DNA of 64,000 bases from an uncultured virus (IMG/VR IMGVR_UViG_3300025626_002437) (Duplodnaviria; Heunggongvirae; Uroviricota; Caudoviricetes): the IMG/VR virus record IMGVR_UViG_3300025626_002437, one strand, 5' to 3'. Positions within the stretch are counted from its first letter, which is position 1. The number at the start of each line of letters is the position of its first letter. Positions 54,457-63,363 of the stretch are shown here, piece by piece. The notes beneath the pieces are model-generated. The model saw only the letters and a program-made list of their open reading frames with translations, searched no databases and had not been told where the DNA came from. The position numbers and the translations under genes are program-made.

Positions 54457-57400
54457 TTTAACACTGATACCTGTACTGCTGGACCATTTTGACTGTCTGC
54501 CATATCTAAACTTGTAAATGCTAAATGCTCACTGTATTTTGGAAATTCTTCTGTTGTACAATTTACTACTTTATCATATCTCCAATTTAAAAATATTAAT
54601 CTATTGAATCCTTTTTTGTTTAACATGTATGCATAATTTTTAAATGACATTAATCCTACAAGTGTTAAGAACCTTGTCTTATCCATATTCATAAATGAAC
54701 TTGTTAATTCTGCTTCTTCTTCTGAGTCAATAACAAATTGATATGTGCTAACAATTAATTTTAAAAATTCAGCACCTACACCTTGTTTTACTTGTTCTAA
54801 TTGTTGTGCTTGATCTAGTATATGAGCCTGACCCTGATTACGGCCTCCGCCAACTGCACCTTTTAAATTGTAAATTCTTAATTCTTCTGGAATATCATGC
54901 TTTTCATAAAATGGTACTAGTTGTGATTTGACCTGTGCTAATCCACTAAACTTAAAGTCGTCAATACCGTTAACCATTCTACCGCCACCTGACGATACCT
55001 CACCTTTAACTTCTATTTCTTCGCCATTAACTTTGATATCACCTACCGAAGCAAGTTCTACATTAGGTGACAGTAAACACAATCCAAGTTCACCTGGCCC
55101 TCTGTTTGATCCAGATATATTAATTCTAAAGTCAAATAATTTTTCATAAAGATCATCTATAAATTCTTTAGATACTGCATCAGTTCCGACAAACATGTCT
55201 GAAATTTTAAATACACCAGACTTGTTTAATAATTCTGTGTTTACATAATCTGCATGTCCGTAAGTTTCAACAAATGCATCTATTTCGTCAAAATCATGAT
55301 CTAGTTGTTCAAGTGATAAAACTAATTGTCTCATAATATTCTTATTAATTCTATGATCGTTTTCCTTACCAGTGTCATTATTTTTAAGTCTATCTTCAAT
55401 ATCCAAATGGTCTGCAGACTCTTTATCAAGTTTTAACATTTTGTAAACTCGTCTAGCAAAATTTGGATTTTTTTCTAATGCAGTCATTATGCTGTTTAAT
55501 CTGTCTTCTGTTGCATCCTCTTTGATATAACTTTCATTGAGATTAAGTTGTTTTACTTCTGCATCTGGTAATCTATTTTTTGCAAAATGCATTAGGATGT
55601 CTCTACCACATGCTTCTGGCCCTTCTATGCTTTTTAATTGGCTAAATGCTGTCATCATCCTTGGTATTGGTAATGCTAAGTATGCCTGGAATTGCATATC
55701 TAAATTACCAACTGGAAAATGTTTTGATAATAATTTTTTTAGTATAGCAAGTTTGTTATTGTTAGGCATGTTTTCTGTTAGTCTTTTAGTTCTTAATAAT
55801 ACATCTATGCCTAACAAACTTTCTGTTTTTGATTTGTCAAAGTATCCACGGTCGATCATTTTATTTAACATAGCCTGTGCCTTTACTTCGCCATGTTGTG
55901 TTTTAAACTTGTTGTAAGTATTTTTTATATGCTGTTCTTTATTATATGATCCGGCAGGCTTTTTAACACTTTTACTTACTTTATTATATTTTCCTACTCC
56001 TAGTCTTTTCTGTTCTTTGTCTATAGTATCTAAATTTTTAAAATAACCCTCAACAATAGGTGTGTTCAATAATTCTAATTGTTTTTGTATTGGTAATTTT
56101 TCAAATCTTTCAAAAACACTAGGCATAATATTATTTACATAGGTACTGTCATCTAATTCTTTGCGGATATCTGCTTTAATTTTTTTTCTATCGTAATCTT
56201 TTGGTGATTTGTGTGCGCCAGCACCTGGCATGTTTTTGCTGTTCTTTGCTACTGGATTATTCTGCTTTGGCATTTTTGGTTTTTTTGCTTCACCTATTTG
56301 TGTTTCGTCCATATGAGCCATAACATCATATATAATGTCACTGCTACTGCAACAATCAATTACTCTGCCACTAGCAAAGTGCCCAATTGGTTGTCCGCCT
56401 ACTTCCATCTCTGGGTCTACACAATCTTCTACATCTAGGTCTTCTAGTGCTTGGTATATTGCATATTCTAAATCATCTTTGTTTGCAAATTGATTTTCTC
56501 TTCCACTAAACTCATCTACTAATTTTTCAACACAACTGTTAGCAATAATACTTCTTTCTTCGCCTTCGTTAAACTTTTTCATATTAGTATTTATTGTATT
56601 TTCATTTCTTGTAAATTTTTCTAATACATTTGATTCGTGTAATATACGCAACTGTTCTTGTAAAGGCAGTTTATCAAACTTGGTAAAGATACTTTCTTGT
56701 GAAATTTCTTTTGCCGCATTTACGGCACCCATAAACGTATCAAAAGGTCCATTAAGTCTAAGTATTGCTAAAACCTCTTTCTTAAAGTTGGTGTCTTGCT
56801 GAGGATTGTTTAAAAATGCTACCAATTTATTTACTTCGCCTTTTGGTAAGTAATTCTGCATTCCCTGTTGCATCATAATATTAAACAATCTGTGTTTCCT
56901 GGCTTTATCGTAATCTGTATTTGTCCAATCTGAACTTCCGTATACTCCGCTTACATCATCGTCATCATTACCGTCTGCATCTTTTCTAAAATAGTTACCA
57001 CCACTCACATTGTAGTTGTCTCTGATATATTTTTCTGCATCTCTTACTGCGGCACCCCATCTTGCTAATCCAATTACATTTTTGCCATCCTCGTCGGTTT
57101 CAGCAGGTCTCCATTCGTGGTTACCGTCAAATCGATTATATACAACTCTCAATAACTCTACACCCTGGTCATTTACGCCACGTTCTATTCCTAAATGGTC
57201 TGCTAAATTGCCCCAATCTGTTTCACCTGCTATGCCATTTGAGGAACCACCATTGTCGGGTTCAATACCAGCCGCTATAGCCATCTTGTCTAAGGGTTTG
57301 CCTAGATCGTCTTTGTCTATACCTACATCGCCGTCAAGTACTTTTTTAAGTATATTATCTAATGCTACCTTAAAACTACCACCACTGCTTTGTTTGTTGG

Positions 57401-60400
57401 CCATTTCTTTAGCAACTACATCTTTCATTTTTGCTGGGTACTGTTCCCAATCAAATGCATCAAAACGTTTTTGCTCTGCCTCATCATCCATATTTTCCCA
57501 ACTTATACCACTGCTTCTGTTTAGTGGTTCACCGCTTTTGGGATTTTGTGTTTCTTCATCTGGGAATAAATCGTCTTGTCCAGGTGCACCTTTTCTGCTG
57601 TCGCCTTTGTGAGTGACTTCAATACCGATATTTTTTAATTTGTGGTATACATCACCATCGCCTTGAATGAATGCTTCTTTGACATTTAAGTCCTTCCAAC
57701 TATAACCATATTTGTTGTTGAATCTATTTACTATTTTTTTATAACCCTTTTTACGCCAAGTGTGATAATAGTTTTTATTTTTTTCAAATGTATCTATAAG
57801 TTCTAAACCGTTTGTGGCATCTTCGGCATCACTCCAGTGACTGGAAGGTATAACATAAACTTTACTCTGGTTTACTTTGTCGTTAAAATGATCTAAATTG
57901 CTATCTAAATATGCTTCTCTGTCGTCATAGTCTTCATCTGTGATAGTATCAAAAAAGTCTCGGTCTATATACACCCAACTGTGACTTGGTATATTAAGTT
58001 TTGCTTTTGCGTTGTCTCTGACATTCTTTTCAAAGTCTCTATTTCTTCTATCTAATGTATTTTTTGCTTGTATTTCTTGTTTAAGATTTACAAATCCTTC
58101 TTTCTGGAATATTTTATCAAATCCTGATAAGAATTTTTTTATTGCCGCAAATCTTTCTTTATGTAATTGTCTTAGAACAGCACCTTGCTCAGGCCCGTTG
58201 TTTTCTTTCCAAGCAAAATATCTATCCATATGCATAGATCCTACTACATAATCATCTATAAGAGCAGGCAAATTAAATGTTTGTTCATCTGCCTCTATTT
58301 CACTGTCTGCTTTTACAAGCCTGTCCATTACATCGTTCCAACGTTCTAAACTACTATGCGAAGCCAAGTTTGATTCTCCATCGGAGCCACGGTTGATTTG
58401 TGTGTATCCATTTTCATCTTCGGCCCAAAGATCTGGTCTAGGTTTTAAGCCTTCCAATAATTCTAATCCTAATTTGCTTACTTGTTTAGCAATAGTTACA
58501 AATTTTTCTTTGTCTTCCCTTTCTAGATCTTTCAAATGATCTAACCTGTCTCTTAATCTCTGTGTGAGCCTCATCTGGAATACGTCTGAATATTTGTCAT
58601 CACTTTTAATATTAACATGATGATCTCTGCTTGTTGGATGTTTGTAACCTTGATATGGTTCTAAGAATTTTAATAATTCTTGTGCTGAATCTTTTGTGGT
58701 AATTCTATTGCTTTTTAATAACTCGTTTCTTACATTCCATCCACGGCCTTTCAGTTTAGCAACAAAACTATTTTCTTGTCTTTCATGAGATAATTCTCTT
58801 AATGTGTTTTCGACATCTATTTTTTTGTTTGCAGGGGTTAAAACAACCAGTAAGTCTGCAAGTTTATCTAATTTGACATTATCTTTGCTATCGTCTGATT
58901 GATAGAACTGCCACATTTTACTGGCAATGCGGTCTACATCTTGCGGAGATAAATATTCTGGGTTTTTAATTATGTCTTGCTTGAATAAAGTGTTTATTCC
59001 TTTTTGTAATATTAATACTTTGTCTTTGTCAGAACCTTCAATGTTATGATTCTCCATACTTGAAAAAACCAGTGTTTCCATGCTATCACTGTTTAGTTGT
59101 AATTCTTTGGCAAACTTTCTAAACGACGCAATGTTTTTAGCAGTAACAGGTGCTCTGTTATTACCGTCTGCTATGTCTTTTGCTAATAATGTTACTGCTG
59201 ATCCAAATCTATCTTGTGCTTTGTCTAATTCGCCTGCCGCTCTCTTGCTTGGTGACATACTGTTAGGCTGTACATATCCTTTGATTGTTTCTTCTTCTAT
59301 TTCTACTTTAGTACCAGTACCTTTTTCGAAATCTTTTATTTCCTGCTTCCATATTTTATCTGCATCTGGACTACTTAATTTTTCATAGTTTTGTAAATAC
59401 TCAACACTGGCACTTAGAAATTTAATTACATCAAAGTAATCTTTTTTGCCTACAATGCTCTTGGCGGCATCTATTACTTCGTGATTAACTACTTCTAAAT
59501 CTTTTAATTTTTTAGGATCTATTTCCTGTGACTTACGCAATAATCTAAATACTGCTTTAACATATTCTGGTCTAAAAGCATCTTTACTATATCCTGCTTT
59601 CATTACAGTAGCATATCTCACACATGCTTTAACAACTTTATCATACATTGTGTTATAGTCTACACCGCCGGCAATTCTAAACTCTATAAGGTTATTTCCT
59701 GAGTCTTTATCAGTCTCGCCTTTAAAATTTATACTGTTAAACTTACCAGGGTCTATGCCTTTAGCAAGTTCTTTCTCAAATGCTTCAAAACTTTTTGCAT
59801 CACCACGTTTCATGCCTTCTGCATATTTTAATACATTTTGATATTGACTTTTTGTGTAACTGTTACGCAATCTACCAAACTCTGCAAGTAAGTATTCATC
59901 ACCTAATAGCAATGCCATCTTTAATTTGTTTGGTTCTGATGCCTCATCTCCCCAAAATTCATCATCGTCTGTTTTTACTAAATCTCTTTTTTCACCTTGC
60001 CAACTCATAGTAACATGTAGTCCTGTAGAGTTGTTTGTGCCAAAGTTTTTTTCACTCCAGTCAAATAAACTTTTCATTTCTGTAAGCATTTTTCTAGGTG
60101 AATCAAATACTGGCGAAATTAATTCTGCACCTGCTCCTTCATCGGCTTCTATACTGCTATCAGTTTCTACTGACCAAGCAGTTGTGGTATTAGTGGAGTC
60201 ATACTCACCTATTTCCGGATAGTCTGTAAATTTACTATTATCTTTTATCCAGTTGTATAACTCATCTGCAACACCTTCAACATTGCCTTCACTGCTACTA
60301 TTATACTCATAACCATAATCATCAAGGAAACTGCTCATGTAACTGTAGTTGTCGTATATCCAATCTTCTACACTATAATCATCTCTTGCGGCTTCTCTGG

Positions 60401-61358
60401 CCTCATCGTCTAGATCACCGTCTGCAACGTCTTTTTTTAACCAAGCCAAATACTCATCTTCGTATTCTTCTTCTACATATTCTCTGACCCAGTTCATATA
60501 GTCCCAACCATCTTCCTCACGGTTTTCGTATTCTTTTGGATCGTTTTCTTCAAAATCTTTTTTGTATATTTCGATTGCTTCTGAACTTGGTCCTGCCCCA
60601 CTATCTATAAAGTCGTTTAGATAGTCTTCATCTTCTCTGACCTCATTTACTTTATCTTCTATTATGTCATCTAAATATTCGTCTTGTCCTTTAGTGTACA
60701 ACCAGTCTTCAAAGTTTTCCCAAACTTGATCTGGCATATCACCGTATTCGTATTCGATATCAGAAATGCTCATGTTGTCTATATCATCACTGGCTCTTCT
60801 GCCGTCTACACTATAAAAAAATGTTTCTGCTTCAAAGCCACATTTTACAGGAGCATCCAAGGCCTCTATGGCTATTTCTTTTTTGTTGAAATTTATTTCG
60901 AATAGTTTTGGATCCGCTTCTTTGAGTAATTTAGATCTTTTTTTGAATTTTGTTAAATTTTTTTTACCAGTTAATTTTTTTAATATTTTTTTAGCAAGTG
61001 TGCTTTCGTCAATATCCATGTCATTGGCTTTTTTAAGTATATTTGCTAACTGATTTCTCAATGCAGGAGTCTGCATTGCTTTTGTAAATTGTACATCAAT
61101 TGATAATTTTGATTGTAATTGTGCTGGTGTTGGCTTTTCGCCTTGTATGGTCTTGTTTATGCCTTTGGCGGCCATTTTAGGATTTATAGGCTTACCTAAC
61201 TTGGCTCCTAGTGCCTTAAAACCTTTTGCTACTTCCTTTTCTTGGTCAGGTGTGAATGGCTCCATTTCCATTTCGTCGTCATTTTTATTTGACTGCTTCG
61301 CGTTGGAATTTGGATCTTGTATTCCTTTATTATATTCGTACAAATCGTTTATTTTCAT
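54453..61358 (-). CDS. 2301-aa modular protein with putative amidoligase (COOH-NH2 ligase) domain and C-terminal PD-(D/E)XK-like domain
   Basis: CGFEAE, WSVETDSSI, GAELISP, STGLHVTMS, KFNSINF, IEFRIAGG; C-terminal GPGEL...GDIKVNGEEIEVKG. Confidence 0.75.
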   Translation of the reverse strand: MKINDLYEYNKGIQDPNSNAKQSNKNDDEMEMEPFTPDQEKEVAKGFKALGAKLGKPINPKMAAKGINKTIQGEKPTPAQLQSKLSIDVQFTKAMQTPALRNQLANILKKANDMDIDESTLAKKILKKLTGKKNLTKFKKRSKLLKEADPKLFEINFNKKEIAIEALDAPVKCGFEAETFFYSVDGRRASDDIDNMSISDIEYEYGDMPDQVWENFEDWLYTKGQDEYLDDIIEDKVNEVREDEDYLNDFIDSGAGPSSEAIEIYKKDFEENDPKEYENREEDGWDYMNWVREYVEEEYEDEYLAWLKKDVADGDLDDEAREAARDDYSVEDWIYDNYSYMSSFLDDYGYEYNSSSEGNVEGVADELYNWIKDNSKFTDYPEIGEYDSTNTTTAWSVETDSSIEADEGAGAELISPVFDSPRKMLTEMKSLFDWSEKNFGTNNSTGLHVTMSWQGEKRDLVKTDDDEFWGDEASEPNKLKMALLLGDEYLLAEFGRLRNSYTKSQYQNVLKYAEGMKRGDAKSFEAFEKELAKGIDPGKFNSINFKGETDKDSGNNLIEFRIAGGVDYNTMYDKVVKACVRYATVMKAGYSKDAFRPEYVKAVFRLLRKSQEIDPKKLKDLEVVNHEVIDAAKSIVGKKDYFDVIKFLSASVEYLQNYEKLSSPDADKIWKQEIKDFEKGTGTKVEIEEETIKGYVQPNSMSPSKRAAGELDKAQDRFGSAVTLLAKDIADGNNRAPVTAKNIASFRKFAKELQLNSDSMETLVFSSMENHNIEGSDKDKVLILQKGINTLFKQDIIKNPEYLSPQDVDRIASKMWQFYQSDDSKDNVKLDKLADLLVVLTPANKKIDVENTLRELSHERQENSFVAKLKGRGWNVRNELLKSNRITTKDSAQELLKFLEPYQGYKHPTSRDHHVNIKSDDKYSDVFQMRLTQRLRDRLDHLKDLEREDKEKFVTIAKQVSKLGLELLEGLKPRPDLWAEDENGYTQINRGSDGESNLASHSSLERWNDVMDRLVKADSEIEADEQTFNLPALIDDYVVGSMHMDRYFAWKENNGPEQGAVLRQLHKERFAAIKKFLSGFDKIFQKEGFVNLKQEIQAKNTLDRRNRDFEKNVRDNAKAKLNIPSHSWVYIDRDFFDTITDEDYDDREAYLDSNLDHFNDKVNQSKVYVIPSSHWSDAEDATNGLELIDTFEKNKNYYHTWRKKGYKKIVNRFNNKYGYSWKDLNVKEAFIQGDGDVYHKLKNIGIEVTHKGDSRKGAPGQDDLFPDEETQNPKSGEPLNRSSGISWENMDDEAEQKRFDAFDWEQYPAKMKDVVAKEMANKQSSGGSFKVALDNILKKVLDGDVGIDKDDLGKPLDKMAIAAGIEPDNGGSSNGIAGETDWGNLADHLGIERGVNDQGVELLRVVYNRFDGNHEWRPAETDEDGKNVIGLARWGAAVRDAEKYIRDNYNVSGGNYFRKDADGNDDDDVSGVYGSSDWTNTDYDKARKHRLFNIMMQQGMQNYLPKGEVNKLVAFLNNPQQDTNFKKEVLAILRLNGPFDTFMGAVNAAKEISQESIFTKFDKLPLQEQLRILHESNVLEKFTRNENTINTNMKKFNEGEERSIIANSCVEKLVDEFSGRENQFANKDDLEYAIYQALEDLDVEDCVDPEMEVGGQPIGHFASGRVIDCCSSSDIIYDVMAHMDETQIGEAKKPKMPKQNNPVAKNSKNMPGAGAHKSPKDYDRKKIKADIRKELDDSTYVNNIMPSVFERFEKLPIQKQLELLNTPIVEGYFKNLDTIDKEQKRLGVGKYNKVSKSVKKPAGSYNKEQHIKNTYNKFKTQHGEVKAQAMLNKMIDRGYFDKSKTESLLGIDVLLRTKRLTENMPNNNKLAILKKLLSKHFPVGNLDMQFQAYLALPIPRMMTAFSQLKSIEGPEACGRDILMHFAKNRLPDAEVKQLNLNESYIKEDATEDRLNSIMTALEKNPNFARRVYKMLKLDKESADHLDIEDRLKNNDTGKENDHRINKNIMRQLVLSLEQLDHDFDEIDAFVETYGHADYVNTELLNKSGVFKISDMFVGTDAVSKEFIDDLYEKLFDFRINISGSNRGPGELGLCLLSPNVELASVGDIKVNGEEIEVKGEVSSGGGRMVNGIDDFKFSGLAQVKSQLVPFYEKHDIPEELRIYNLKGAVGGGRNQGQAHILDQAQQLEQVKQGVGAEFLKLIVSTYQFVIDSEEEAELTSSFMNMDKTRFLTLVGLMSFKNYAYMLNKKGFNRLIFLNWRYDKVVNCTTEEFPKYSEHLAFTSLDMADSQNGPAVQVSVLK

Positions 61359-61633
61359 CTTCTTCTATTGAGCCTTGCAACTCTTTTGCTAATTGGACTT
61401 CTTCTTTTAGTACGAGCGGCTTTCCTTGCCATCCTCTTACCAACTCTTGCTCTTGTCTTTTTGAGCGTCATACGTTTTTTTAGGTTGATAGGTTTCGAGC
61501 ATTGGCCTACATTAGACACCATTCTGCCTTTGCGTGGACCACTGGTGCATCTAACCTTGCGAACAATTTTACTGCCTCGCTTGGCCCAGACCATTTTGGC
61601 CTCCATTACTCCTTCTACTTCAACTATTTTCAT
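61355..61633 (-). CDS. small very basic protein, putative head/core DNA-binding protein
   Basis: MKIVEVEGVME propeptide-like start, then strongly K/R-rich. Confidence 0.6.
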   Translation of the reverse strand: MKIVEVEGVMEAKMVWAKRGSKIVRKVRCTSGPRKGRMVSNVGQCSKPINLKKRMTLKKTRARVGKRMARKAARTKRRSPISKRVARLNRRR

Positions 61634-61634
61634 T

Positions 61635-61877
61635 TTAAAATAACTTAAATATTAATGCAATTATCAAACTTGACATTGTTGCAAATACGCCTGCCATAAT
61701 ACCTACAAGCCAGTTTTCTATTTTAGTAAAATGTTCTTTTACTTCAACTTTGAATTCTTTGATTTCTGTTGTTACTTGCTCTATGCGAAGCATATCAGCA
61801 ATTACTTGCGATTTTAAATCTGGCTCATTAGCATACAACTGTTCTGCTGGTTTGCTATCTAACTTTTTGTCTACCAT
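61635..61877 (-). CDS. small coiled-coil protein with C-terminal TM helix
   Basis: Heptad region then WLVGIMAGVFATMSSLIIALIF. Confidence 0.6.
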   Translation of the reverse strand: MVDKKLDSKPAEQLYANEPDLKSQVIADMLRIEQVTTEIKEFKVEVKEHFTKIENWLVGIMAGVFATMSSLIIALIFKLF

Positions 61878-62281
61878 TATAATACATCCTGTTTAGAAAA
61901 TTCAGTATTTACTGAACTTTTAGTATCTACAGTACCGCCATTGAGGACAATACCGTTTAATTCATCTTTCAATGTGTCTAATGTATGAGCACCTTGTCTT
62001 TCAAATGCAAACTTGAATACCCAACCTGCACCTGTTAATGTTGGTGCACCGTAGTCATCTAATCCTGCCGAAACTCCGTCAACTACAATTGGTGTGTTCA
62101 TAAGCATTGGTTGTGCTCTCAAACTTATTACCTGTACTAAACTTTCAAAATCTTTTTGTGTATCGTCTGTAAAATCGTCTGTGGCAGTTATGTCTAATGT
62201 GGTGAACAATGTAAAAAATTCTACGTCTCCTGTGAGTACTTCACTTGACGTTAATAATCCACCTGATCTTGTTTGTGCCAT
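61877..62281 (-). CDS. putative virion structural protein
   Basis: AGGAG SD and GATAAATA late promoter at ~62309. Confidence 0.55.
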   Translation of the reverse strand: MAQTRSGGLLTSSEVLTGDVEFFTLFTTLDITATDDFTDDTQKDFESLVQVISLRAQPMLMNTPIVVDGVSAGLDDYGAPTLTGAGWVFKFAFERQGAHTLDTLKDELNGIVLNGGTVDTKSSVNTEFSKQDVL

Positions 62282-62352
62282 ATGTGTCTCCTGTCACTGT
62301 TATAAGCATATTTATCATTTTCTCAGTATATTATGACACTATTTCAATAGCC

Positions 62353-62380
62353 AAAAAAAACCCCCTTAAAAAAGGGGGTT
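62353..62380 (-). terminator. rho-independent terminator
   Basis: AACCCCCTT/AAGGGGGTT stem followed by T tract on the minus strand. Confidence 0.85.
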
Positions 62381-62403
62381 AAAATTTCTAAATTTTATAG
62401 TTA

Positions 62404-62646
62404 TTAACTTGAGAAAGTTGCCACTACTGCTGTTACGTTAGCGAATGCTAATACTTCCGCCGCTGTAAGTGTAGTTTGAACTGCTATGTTAGTTGTTGAA
62501 ACGTCAACACCTGCAATTGAACCACCTGCTGAACACTGAGCGATCGCTAAATCTAAATCGTCATATGTTGCTATATGTGTTTGTGAACCTAATCCGTTAC
62601 CTTCACCTGCTGTTGCTGAGTTTGCCTCTAATCTTACTAATGCCAT
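62404..62646 (-). CDS. small Ala/Thr-rich putative virion protein
   Basis: Own late promoter (~62711), AGGAG SD and terminator, suggesting a highly expressed monocistronic gene. Confidence 0.55.
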   Translation of the reverse strand: MALVRLEANSATAGEGNGLGSQTHIATYDDLDLAIAQCSAGGSIAGVDVSTTNIAVQTTLTAAEVLAFANVTAVVATFSS

Positions 62647-62767
62647 TATTGGTCTCCTAATTCTGTGTAATAGACTATTTTGTTTAACTATTCTATTACT
62701 TGGTTACTTTTATTTATCCAAAATAGTAAGATTTTTGGGGTTTTGATTTTGAAATATATTGAGATTT

Positions 62768-63355
62768 TTACTTTCCAGACAGTAAATCTTTGAATTTATA
62801 CCTTAAATTAGCCATTGTATCACTTGGATTTCTCATATAAGATGCTACTGTATTTCTTACTTTTTTAATACCTTTTTTAACACCAAAATTTGGTAGTATT
62901 GTATCGTATTCTGCATCGGGATCAAATGCAGGGTTACCATAGTATTTTTGATGTTTTAATTTTCTACCATCGCTACCAGTTCTAACACCATCGCTGTCGC
63001 CGTCTTTAGTGTTTAATCCTCTACGTGATGTACCTTTTAGTGCGTCTGCTCTTGCTTTGCTTCTTAACTCAGCATCACTAGGACCTTCTTTTTTACGAGG
63101 CTCTTCCCTTTTATTAATTTGAGATTGTTGTGACTTGTTTCTTACATCAACATCAGTACTACCAACATTAGGTACATTTTTTAAATCTCCTACCTCTACA
63201 TCTGTTCCAATTGACTGCCCCATATCGCGACCATATGTAGATGTATCAGTACCAACACCCTGTATTCTTCGCTGAGTATGGATATCTCGCATCTGTTTCA
63301 TTGCATCTTTTTGTGCTTTACTGATTTCTTTGATTATTACTTCGTCGATTCTCAT
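62768..63355 (-). CDS. putative head-internal protein
   Basis: MRIDEVIIKE N-terminus; ATG 5 nt after CATAAATA. Confidence 0.55.
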   Translation of the reverse strand: MRIDEVIIKEISKAQKDAMKQMRDIHTQRRIQGVGTDTSTYGRDMGQSIGTDVEVGDLKNVPNVGSTDVDVRNKSQQSQINKREEPRKKEGPSDAELRSKARADALKGTSRRGLNTKDGDSDGVRTGSDGRKLKHQKYYGNPAFDPDAEYDTILPNFGVKKGIKKVRNTVASYMRNPSDTMANLRYKFKDLLSGK

Positions 63356-63363
63356 ATTACTAT

